Of a stretch of DNA of 64,000 nt, positions 18,364 through 26,981 are shown one piece after another; the first letter of the stretch is position 1, and each line of letters opens with the position of its first letter. The DNA comes from Granulosicoccus sp. (GTDB lineage Bacteria > Pseudomonadota > Gammaproteobacteria > Granulosicoccales > Granulosicoccaceae). The notes beneath the pieces were generated by a model. It saw only the letters and a list, made by a program, of their open reading frames with translations, did no database searches and was not told where the DNA came from. The DNA lies in contig OZ245050.1 in assembly GCA_965224525.1 (NCBI GenBank), positions 410,021 through 474,020 of the forward strand. The letters are read 5' to 3'. The position numbers and the translations under genes were made by a program.

Positions 18364-18773
18364 CCGATAGGCAGGTCATGCTTGATACGAACACGGTCAG
18401 TTATTTGCTCCGGGAAAACGATTCAAAAATCAAAGAGCGGCTGGTAAAGACAGGCATGGCAAATGTGTGCGTATCGGTAGTTACCGAGGCTGAACTCCGT
18501 TTCGGTTGTTTACAGCGTCCTGCTGCAACTAACCTCACCGCTCTGGTTACTGAATTCATATCGGCTGTTGATAGTTTGCCCTGGAACTCGGAGTCTGCCA
18601 AATCCTATGCGGAGCTCAGAATGCATTGCAAGAAAAAAGGGCTCGCGCTTGGTTGTATGGACATGTTGATTGCCGCGCACTCTATGGCTGTGGATGCCCG
18701 GTTAATAAGCAGCGACAAGGCTTTTAGTCATTTATCTGACTTGCTGACTCTTGACAGTTGGTATGACGGTTAA
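18360..18773 (+). CDS. vapC: PIN-domain toxin VapC
   Basis: MTDRQVMLDTNTVSYLL... gives the PIN N-terminal motif, and the 137-aa length fits. Two direct TGATATATA repeats upstream (18078-18102) are probably the operator. Confidence 0.85.
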   Translation: MTDRQVMLDTNTVSYLLRENDSKIKERLVKTGMANVCVSVVTEAELRFGCLQRPAATNLTALVTEFISAVDSLPWNSESAKSYAELRMHCKKKGLALGCMDMLIAAHSMAVDARLISSDKAFSHLSDLLTLDSWYDG

Positions 18774-18807
18774 CATGGCAGGACCGACCAATTGATCAAC
18801 AAGAAAA

Positions 18808-19734
18808 ATGCGTCACTTCATCATCGATACAGACACCGCCTCCGACGATGCCGTTGCCATTATGATGGCATTGTCGGCACCTGATATTATCGTCGATGCC
18901 ATTACCATTGTCGCGGGCAATGTAGGCGTCAGGCAGGGCAGTATCAACGCGCGCTACACACTGGAGGTCTGCAGGGCGCAAGTGCCAGTCTATGAAGGTT
19001 GTACGCAACCCTGGTTGCAGTCGCTGGCAATCGCAGACTGGTTTCATGGTGCTGATGGTATGGGTGACATGGATTATCCGGTACCTGCTCAAGCGGCAGA
19101 GGGTCGCCATGCTGTCAACGAACTCATTAAACGCTTCCGCGATTCGCCGGGAAACATCACGCTGGTTACGCTTGGGCCGCTAACGAATATTGCGACGGCA
19201 CTTGCCATTGAGCCGTGTTTGGCCGACTGGGTAAAGCACTGTTACATCATGGGCGGTGCGGCCAACACGGTAGGCAATGTGACACCTGCTGCTGAATACA
19301 ACATCTGGTGTGATCCGGAAGCGGCGCGCAAGGTGTTGCATTCGGGTATGCCGATAACCCTGCTTGGCTGGGAATTGAGTCGAGATGACGCCACCTTGTC
19401 CGATGCTGAGATGTTGGCATTCCGGGCACTTGCTACCAACAAGGCAACGGTTGCCATGGATTGCAACGGCACGGCATTGAAAGCGGTGCGTGAAATTCAA
19501 GGGGAGGCCGGGCTGGCACTGGCAGATCCGGTTGCCATGTCAGTTGCCATTGATGAATCCATCGCAACCGATATGGGGTATCACTTTGTTGATATTGCAA
19601 CGGGTGATGAGTTGACACGTGGTATGAGCGTCGTTGACAAACTCAACGTGTGTAAGCGTGAGCCCAATGCGCGTGTTTGTTTTGCTATAGATGCTGCGCG
19701 CTGGAAAAAACAGCTATTCTCGGCACTGCGTTGA
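18808..19734 (+). CDS. Inosine-uridine-preferring nucleoside hydrolase family protein
   Basis: N-terminal [18 protein letters not shown] is the IU_nuc_hydro aspartate-cluster motif. Length 308 aa. Confidence 0.8.
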   Translation: MRHFIIDTDTASDDAVAIMMALSAPDIIVDAITIVAGNVGVRQGSINARYTLEVCRAQVPVYEGCTQPWLQSLAIADWFHGADGMGDMDYPVPAQAAEGRHAVNELIKRFRDSPGNITLVTLGPLTNIATALAIEPCLADWVKHCYIMGGAANTVGNVTPAAEYNIWCDPEAARKVLHSGMPITLLGWELSRDDATLSDAEMLAFRALATNKATVAMDCNGTALKAVREIQGEAGLALADPVAMSVAIDESIATDMGYHFVDIATGDELTRGMSVVDKLNVCKREPNARVCFAIDAARWKKQLFSALR

Positions 19735-19759
19735 ACAGTTATGCAGGCGGTGCGGGTAA

Positions 19760-20707
19760 TTATTTGCGTCGGAAGCAGGCAGTGTTATCCAGCCAGGCGA
19801 GAATCGATTCAACAATGCGGCTGTCTATGGGTTGTTTTATCAGAGACGAATAACTCATCAGTGATGGTTCATTGAAGTCAGCTCTTAATATATGCGTCAT
19901 ATCCGGGATTGTAATTGCAGTTACTGTTTCGGGTAGTAATTCACGCAGCCGATCTGCATCCGTTGGCAGGCACTGTAAGTCTTTTTCACCGGCTACTGCA
20001 AGGGTTGGCAGAGACACGCTGATATGAATTTTCACCGGGTTCAGTGCTGCAATTTCGCGTAACCACTTCGCGTTGACTTTGCGAAACCCTTTACGGAAAA
20101 ACGGTTTTTTGGACTCCCTGGCACGTTGAAAGTGCTTGCGCTGTTTCACTAATTGGTCTCCCTGTAAACGCAGTATCAAGCGGATGAACTTGCCGTAGAC
20201 GCCCGGTAGTGTCGTGATGGTTTCCAGTGTCTGTCTGGCTTGCCGCTCAGTGACTGCCTGTAATGGTTCGAGAAAAGGGGCGAGCAAAATCTGACCGTTG
20301 ACCGCTTTCCGGTCTGCAGCGATTTGCGGACAAATGATAGTGCCTTCGCTGTGGCCCAGTACACAGGTTATCTGAGAAGTGTCATCCAGCCGGGACGTCA
20401 TGTAATTCAGCCATGCGCGGGCATCCGATACCAGATCGGTATGCCCGACGGCTGCATATTCACCTTCGCTGTCACCGCAGCCTCGTTTGTCATAGCGCAA
20501 GGTGTGGATGCCGGCGCTGGCCAGCTGTTCGGCCAGCGTATTGAAGAGATTAAGCTTGAATTTCTTGCTGTTTTGATTGCGGTCGTGCTGGCCGCTGCCG
20601 GCAATCAGCAGTATCGAGATTCCACTCGCAGCTCCGGTCGGGTGGCAAAGCGTGCCAGCGAGCTGGTGACCCTCATTGCTGATGGTGACTGATTCTTCTT
20701 TGCTCAT
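19760..20707 (-). CDS. alpha/beta-fold hydrolase
   Basis: GHSEG nucleophile elbow (GxSxG). Length 315 aa. Confidence 0.65.
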   Translation of the reverse strand: MSKEESVTISNEGHQLAGTLCHPTGAASGISILLIAGSGQHDRNQNSKKFKLNLFNTLAEQLASAGIHTLRYDKRGCGDSEGEYAAVGHTDLVSDARAWLNYMTSRLDDTSQITCVLGHSEGTIICPQIAADRKAVNGQILLAPFLEPLQAVTERQARQTLETITTLPGVYGKFIRLILRLQGDQLVKQRKHFQRARESKKPFFRKGFRKVNAKWLREIAALNPVKIHISVSLPTLAVAGEKDLQCLPTDADRLRELLPETVTAITIPDMTHILRADFNEPSLMSYSSLIKQPIDSRIVESILAWLDNTACFRRK

Positions 20708-20926
20708 GGACCGATTGGATGTTGTGCGACCATTCAGAAATATACCTGTGCGAGTTTACTCACGGAGCTTCATGAAAGACTCCGTGACAGTGTTGCACGT
20801 GTAAGTCAAGACTACCCATTTTATCAGGACTGAAAACAGCAATACTAGCCCTTTGCCTAAGCGTAAGATGCTTTGCAAACATCCCACCGTGTGTACTCTT
20901 TACGTAACATACTCAGGGAGTATTCC

Positions 20927-23227
20927 ATGAAGAAATATCGCATCTGCCACGACGCCTTCCACTGCTTGATTTCTGGCAAACGAGAAGATCCGGGCGTTAT
21001 AAGACCTTCTTCTTGTTTGACTGCCTTACACCGTGTCTGTTTGCCGCTCGCGGTACTGATAGCAATGCCTGTCGCAGTCGCCGATACCGGGCTTGCATCG
21101 GATAATTTCCATGCAACAAAAACTTATGCAGGTGTTATCCAGGTAGAGGCCGAAAACCTGAGTCTGGATACCTATCTTGTTGAAGCAAGTGCCTTTTCTT
21201 CAGGAGGGCAAGTGATTAGCCTGCGAGGCGCAGGTTCCAACCATGGTGTCGGAAGCGGTACCTTTCGTGGTGCGGATGGCGACTACCTCATCACAGTAAA
21301 CTACATGGATGAAAATGACGGTCTATCTTCGCTACAGTTTGAAGCAAAGGGCATAACTGTTGACAGCTGGACTCTCGACCAACGACTAGGGAACCCTTCT
21401 CCCGACCCGGACATACTGACAGCCCGTACTTTCGGGCCCGTGCATCTGGAGCAAGGCGACACCTACTCAATTGTTGGCGATAAGGACGGTAACGAAGAAA
21501 CCCGCGTTGATTTTATCCAGTTCATTCCGGCGAATGGTATTTATCAGGCGGAAGATGCAGTTTACTCATCGCACTTCAGTGTGAGAACAGGAAATCGCGG
21601 TTTTTCTGACAGGGGCTATGTGGATGCATTGCGCGACGGATTTATTGAATGGTCGGTTCACGTACCTGACAATGGCGACTATTCACTGGATTTCCGCTAC
21701 GCCTTTGGAGCCAATGGTAATCCGCAAGGCAAAAGACCTCTGAATATTTTTGCCAACGGCAAACTGGTGGCAAAAGAACTACCGTTCAAAACTACATTAA
21801 TATATAGCCGCTGGCAAAACCAGACGGCCATTGCTCGTCTTAGTAGTGGATGGAACACCATTCGCGCTGAAACCCCGCCTGCGCCAGCAGGCACTGATAA
21901 CCTGATGGCTAACATTGATTATCTTTCAGTGTCAAAGGCCAGTTACCTGAATGCCAGAGGTTCATCCGCACCTGAACCCGATGCCTACCACCCGGAATTT
22001 GGAGAGTCCGGCTACTCGGATTCGTACTACGGCCGGGTTGACCCACGTGGCGAGCGCAGCACACTGAACAAGTGGCTTGTAAAAAACCGTTTCAAGCAGT
22101 TCCCTCACCTTGTGGTTTCTGCAGAGTACATTAACGCCTATGATCTTGGTTTCGGTCGAAAAATGCACTGTCTTGAAAGCGCCTGCTATGTCGAGAATTT
22201 TCTCAATCCAGGCACCGGCAACGAGAAATTTGCTGCCACGGTAACGATGGAGAAATTACCCAGAGGCCTCATTGCATTTGGTGTTTACGATCCGGATGAA
22301 AAGCGCATCAACCAGATCGGGCTTGATTCAGAAGGCGCAAAATCTGTTCCTGAATCCTGCTATGCCTGTCATGGTGGTGGCAGTCATGCTGGTGCACCTC
22401 AGAAAGGCGTTCAATATCTACCCTGGGATATCGACCTGCTCGAAGAATGGCCAGGTCATGGGACTCTGGAATCTCAGGCAGAGAACTTTCGCAAGCTGAA
22501 TCTAATTGCCAGCAAAGCGGCTGATCGATTCGACAACAAAAAAACGGAAATTACAACGCTGATTGATTCCTGGTACGGTGGCAATCCTGTTTCTGGTTCA
22601 GTATTCAACAGTAGTCCGTTTCATCAAATAGCGGGGCAAAAGCTGGTGCCAAAAGACAAAAGCAAGGAGTCCTGGTTTACCGATGCGACAGGCTATCGTG
22701 ACACTGCTGTTATCAGCGAGCGACGAGATCGGTACTTCGACGAGCGCTCGTTGTATGACAATATCTATACGAGCTACTGTCGCTCTTGCCACGTTGCCCA
22801 ACGCTCACGTACTGACTGGAGTAATGCGCTCCCTTTCAACATTGCTGCATACAGGCGAGTTTGCGATACCCCGACAGTGAATCAAACCATGCCGCATGCC
22901 GAATTAACAGACGATCGGTTCAGTAATGAATTGCATCAGTTTGTTCATGGTGATTCTTCAACTGCGAGGGAGATACTCTGCTCAGAGCCCCCACCGGTAA
23001 CACCGGCGCTGATATCAGCCGGAGAAGCAGCGTTTTCCGGTTGTGCTGGATGCCACGATGCCGGGATGCCAGCTAGCAGCAAGGAGGGTGGGGATATATC
23101 TTGTTCTACCCAAGTGAGAGACGACCTGGAAATCATCAATAACCGAATGAGCGGGCTGACCCTCAGCGGGAAACAAGTTACAGAGATTACGGCATATCTG
23201 AACTCATTTGATCAGTGTAATTTGTAA
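20927..23227 (+). CDS. Secreted protein with N-terminal carbohydrate-binding-module-like beta-sandwich regions and three CxxCH haem-c motifs
   Basis: Signal-like ...CLPLAVLIAMPVAVA. Three CxxCH motifs: CYACH, CRSCH, CAGCH. Start chosen at MKKYRICH with an upstream GGGAG; the ORF track frame opens at 20873. Confidence 0.5.
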   Translation: MKKYRICHDAFHCLISGKREDPGVIRPSSCLTALHRVCLPLAVLIAMPVAVADTGLASDNFHATKTYAGVIQVEAENLSLDTYLVEASAFSSGGQVISLRGAGSNHGVGSGTFRGADGDYLITVNYMDENDGLSSLQFEAKGITVDSWTLDQRLGNPSPDPDILTARTFGPVHLEQGDTYSIVGDKDGNEETRVDFIQFIPANGIYQAEDAVYSSHFSVRTGNRGFSDRGYVDALRDGFIEWSVHVPDNGDYSLDFRYAFGANGNPQGKRPLNIFANGKLVAKELPFKTTLIYSRWQNQTAIARLSSGWNTIRAETPPAPAGTDNLMANIDYLSVSKASYLNARGSSAPEPDAYHPEFGESGYSDSYYGRVDPRGERSTLNKWLVKNRFKQFPHLVVSAEYINAYDLGFGRKMHCLESACYVENFLNPGTGNEKFAATVTMEKLPRGLIAFGVYDPDEKRINQIGLDSEGAKSVPESCYACHGGGSHAGAPQKGVQYLPWDIDLLEEWPGHGTLESQAENFRKLNLIASKAADRFDNKKTEITTLIDSWYGGNPVSGSVFNSSPFHQIAGQKLVPKDKSKESWFTDATGYRDTAVISERRDRYFDERSLYDNIYTSYCRSCHVAQRSRTDWSNALPFNIAAYRRVCDTPTVNQTMPHAELTDDRFSNELHQFVHGDSSTAREILCSEPPPVTPALISAGEAAFSGCAGCHDAGMPASSKEGGDISCSTQVRDDLEIINNRMSGLTLSGKQVTEITAYLNSFDQCNL

Positions 23228-23366
23228 CGATCGGGGCTTTGTTCTGAGCCCCTGAATTTCTAATCCATGTGTTGCTAAATAGCTATATATAATTACAGTT
23301 GTTCTGTAGAGCCTACATTCCCTGTGTAGATCAAAAGGTGCTTTGAGGCTATACTGACCGTCTCCA

Positions 23367-23895
23367 TTGCATGACTTCGAGTATAAGATGGATCTTTCGC
23401 AAAGCGCACAGGAGTTACCAAGGAAACACCGACTGTCGGTGGATGATTACCATCGTATGGGAGAGGCTGGCATACTCGCGGATGGAGTCCGCGTTGAATT
23501 GATCGAAGGAGAGATCATCGATATGACACCAATTGGCAGTCGCCATGCAGAACCCGGCGGTTTTGGGTGACTTCTCGGAGCCACAGCCGGATTTTGCGGT
23601 ATTGAAGCCGCGTGATGATTTTTACATTGACTCTCATCCCCAACCAATGGATGTGTTACTGGTAGTGGAGGTTTCTGATTCTTCGTTGCGCTACGACCGG
23701 AAAATCAAAATGCCTCTTTATGCCAAATATGGCATGCCCGAAGCCTGGTTGATTGACTTGCAGGGTAGCACCCTAACGGTTCATCGTGACCCGCAGCCCG
23801 ATAGCTATGGCGACGTACGAGTGCTTACCGATTTGAGCAATATTAGCCTTGCAGCTTTGGCGGATGTGAGTATTGATCTTTCGGCGTTTTTTTAG
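23367..23895 (+). pseudogene. Second Uma2-family (DUF820) endonuclease gene, split by a frameshift
   Basis: ORF 23367-23570 (...ELIEGEIIDMTPIGSRHA...) and ORF 23533-23895 (...DFAVL...EVSDSSLRYDRKIKMPLYAKYGMPEAWLIDL...) are the two halves of one Uma2 protein, in frames that overlap over 23533-23570. Confidence 0.55.
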
Positions 23896-24039
23896 CGGCA
23901 TCACGATCAGATTGTTTTGCCTTGCGTCGTTCGAAAGTCAGAGTCTGTTCGGTGACACATTTCATCAGAATTCACCGCCCATTAGAGACACTTTGCCCTG
24001 TCACAGTCATGGTCTCGATTAAAACCATGATGCCTGTCC

Positions 24040-25452
24040 ATGAAAGTTAAGATGATTCTGCCCGCACTGCTGGAGGCAGAAAACCCTGCCTGGCGGCCGA
24101 TCAAATATTCCCTGTTCCCGCCATTGGGTCTTGCCACTCTGGCAGCTTTTTTGGATGAGAATGATGAGGTGGAGCTGATTGACCAGCATGTCGAAACGCT
24201 GCGTATTGATGACAGCCCCGACCTGGTTGTTATTCAGGTGTATATCACCAATGCGTATCGAGCCTACAAAGTAGCCGACAGTTATCGACGACGCGGCATC
24301 CATGTGGCACTGGGTGGTTTGCATGTCACTTCCTTGCCGGCGGAGGCATCTGCCCATGCAGACAGTTTGTTTATCGGGCCAGGTGAAGCCACTTTTCCCG
24401 AGTTTCTCAAGGACTTCCGCAGGGGCAAGGCCAAAGGGCTGTATGTATCATCCACTCGCAGCTTGATTGGCGTGCCACCGGTGCGGCGGGACTTGATAAA
24501 ACGACAGTTGTATCTGGTACCAAACTCGATTGTGGTATCTCGGGGTTGTCCATTTCATTGCACTTTCTGTTACAAAGATGCATTTTTTGAAGGCGGCAAG
24601 TCGTTCTACACGCAGACAGTTGATGATGCGTTGCGCGAGATTGAAAGGCTTCCTGGCAAGCATCTGTATTTTCTGGATGATCATCTGCTTGGGCATCAGC
24701 GTTTTGCCAGTAGTTTGTTTGATGGTATGCAGGGTATGGGGCGCTTGTTTCAGGGGGCCGCTACCGTTGATTCCATCTTGCGTGGTGACTTGATTGAAAA
24801 GGCAGCTGCTGCCGGATTGCGTAGTTTGTTTGTCGGTTTTGAATCCATCAATGAAGCCAACCATACAATGACGAAAAAGCACCAGAATCTCAACCAACAA
24901 TACAGTGAGGTTGTTCGTCGGCTGGATGACCTCGGTATCATGATCAATGGCAGTTTTGTGTTTGGTCTGGACCACGACACACCGGATGTATTTGAACGAA
25001 CCGTCGACTGGGCGGTGGGGCAGGGCATCACTACGGCAACATTTCATATTGCCACGCCATATCCAGGTACCGGCTTTTACAAGGAGATGTTGGCACAAGG
25101 GCGGATGACCAGTGATAACTGGAACCGGTTTGATACACGACAGGTGGTCTTCAAGCCAAAATCGATGAGCGAAAATCAGTTACTCGAAGGCTATCAGCGT
25201 TCCTATAAGCAGTTTTATTCCTGGAACAATATACTGAAGGGCAGTTCACAGCATGTTGCTGCCAAACACCGGTTGAAACACTTTTTTTATGCGGCGGGTT
25301 GGAAGAAGTTCGAACCGGTCTGGGATGTCATGATTCGCAGTAAGCGGTTGGCTCTGATGACGCCAGTTCTGGAAGGGGTGCTGTCGAAAATCAGTCAACG
25401 AAGCGCCAGACGGGACACGTCGATTGCGCCTGCGAGCAGACTGGATACGTAA
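24040..25452 (+). CDS. B12-binding-domain radical SAM enzyme
   Basis: CPFHCTFC matches the CxxxCxxC radical-SAM cluster motif. N-terminal B12-binding-like region. Length 470 aa. Confidence 0.8.
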   Translation: MKVKMILPALLEAENPAWRPIKYSLFPPLGLATLAAFLDENDEVELIDQHVETLRIDDSPDLVVIQVYITNAYRAYKVADSYRRRGIHVALGGLHVTSLPAEASAHADSLFIGPGEATFPEFLKDFRRGKAKGLYVSSTRSLIGVPPVRRDLIKRQLYLVPNSIVVSRGCPFHCTFCYKDAFFEGGKSFYTQTVDDALREIERLPGKHLYFLDDHLLGHQRFASSLFDGMQGMGRLFQGAATVDSILRGDLIEKAAAAGLRSLFVGFESINEANHTMTKKHQNLNQQYSEVVRRLDDLGIMINGSFVFGLDHDTPDVFERTVDWAVGQGITTATFHIATPYPGTGFYKEMLAQGRMTSDNWNRFDTRQVVFKPKSMSENQLLEGYQRSYKQFYSWNNILKGSSQHVAAKHRLKHFFYAAGWKKFEPVWDVMIRSKRLALMTPVLEGVLSKISQRSARRDTSIAPASRLDT

Positions 25453-25453
25453 T

Positions 25454-26629
25454 TTATTCAGGCAGGTTTTTTAATAAAAAGCGTTTTACATTGCCGCCCA
25501 TCACCTTACGAATGTCTTCCTCGGAAATGCCGGCCTCCAGCATTCCCTCAACATAGAGAGGCAGGCCCGTTACATCGGTATGTACTTTGACAGCACCGTC
25601 AAAATCCGACCCCAGAGCAACAAAATCTGCGCCTACCAGATCGATACTGTACTGAATGGCTTTTACTGTTGAAGCAACGGTAGAATCACAAGTAGCCGGT
25701 TTGAACATGGCAATGCCTATCAGGCCGCCGGAATCTGCAATTTGTCTGAGGTGCTTGTCTGCCAGGTTCCGAACTGTTTCACAAGTTCCTTTTACGCCGG
25801 TATGTGAGCTAACCACTGGTTTGGTGCTGATCTTAAAGACATCATCGATGAGTGCAGGAGAGCTGTGAGCAATATCCACGATCATGCTCTTTTCCTGCAT
25901 CTTGATGATGACCTGCTTGCCGAAGTCTGTTAATCCTGCTTTGGAAACGCCATGGGCAGAACCACCCAGCTTGTTGTCGAAAAAGTGTACTGGCGCCATC
26001 ATTCGTACACCTGCGTCATACAATACATCGACGTTTTCCAACGCTCCTTCCAGGGCATGCATACCTTCAATGCCCAGAAATCCGGCGGTGATGTTCGGGT
26101 TGTCTTTTCTACGGGACAGGTATGATCTCAGGTCGCCGGTAGATTCAATGACAGTGAATTTACCGTCAGACTTAACTTCAAACTCATGCAATGCAGTGCT
26201 TTGGGCAATGGCTCTTTCCTTGAGGTTAAACCATGAGTTTACTGGTCTGCCTTGAAGAATAAATGGCAATGTTATTTGATCGGTATCCCCCGTATTTCTA
26301 TCAAAATTCATATTCTTTGGCGCTTTGGTGACAATGGTAAATGCCTGCAGGGATACTTTGGCATCCAGCATTCGGGGTATGTCGACCGATCCGTAGTCGT
26401 GCCTTTTCAGTAGGTCACGTTTCCATAACAGAGCATCGCAATGCAGGTCAGAAACAAAATCCAGGGAATCGTAGAGTTCTTGTGCTTTTTCAGTGGTTTG
26501 ATAAGGCGATTGGTTGGTGACTGTATTGAGCTTCTTGTCAATTATTTCTGGTAAAAACAGCATTGCAACAATGATGAGTAATCCAATAACCGGGATCAAC
26601 CAGATTGCGAATAGTTTAGTTCTTCTCAT
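25454..26629 (-). CDS. Membrane-anchored dipeptidase (peptidase family M19)
   Basis: N-terminal TM helix, then DLHCDALL, HSSPALIDD and GSDFDG M19 signatures. Confidence 0.8.
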   Translation of the reverse strand: MRRTKLFAIWLIPVIGLLIIVAMLFLPEIIDKKLNTVTNQSPYQTTEKAQELYDSLDFVSDLHCDALLWKRDLLKRHDYGSVDIPRMLDAKVSLQAFTIVTKAPKNMNFDRNTGDTDQITLPFILQGRPVNSWFNLKERAIAQSTALHEFEVKSDGKFTVIESTGDLRSYLSRRKDNPNITAGFLGIEGMHALEGALENVDVLYDAGVRMMAPVHFFDNKLGGSAHGVSKAGLTDFGKQVIIKMQEKSMIVDIAHSSPALIDDVFKISTKPVVSSHTGVKGTCETVRNLADKHLRQIADSGGLIGIAMFKPATCDSTVASTVKAIQYSIDLVGADFVALGSDFDGAVKVHTDVTGLPLYVEGMLEAGISEEDIRKVMGGNVKRFLLKNLPE

Positions 26630-26981
26630 TTTTGGCTACAGAAATATGATGTATGAACCATTATGCATCTACACAGGATTTTCAGAGCACCAGTTTCGGC
26701 GGAGTCAGGATCAGTTTCCCGGTGTGGGACTTGCTCAGCAAGTCTTCTTGCGCTTGTGTAATCTCGAGAAGTGGATAAGTGTTGGTAACAGCCGGTCGGA
26801 TTCGTCGCGCTCAAAATAGCTTACAAAGCGCTAGTCAATGTGGCTGCGTAATATTTTTCGAGTAAGCTCGCTCGCCTATACGCACCGGGTCTACCTTTTT
26901 TAGCCACCACCGTGATCCGCCTACGCCCTGGATACGGAAAAGGACATCGGTAGTCTGGGACCATCTGGCTGCTAAGTTTGA

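Noticed and set aside
1124-18800. Integron cassette array (attC sites) as an explanation for the TA island
   Set aside because: Genes are on both strands. I could not find GTTRRRY-bounded attC inverted repeats or an intI gene. Only the BrnTA cassette shows flanking repeats.
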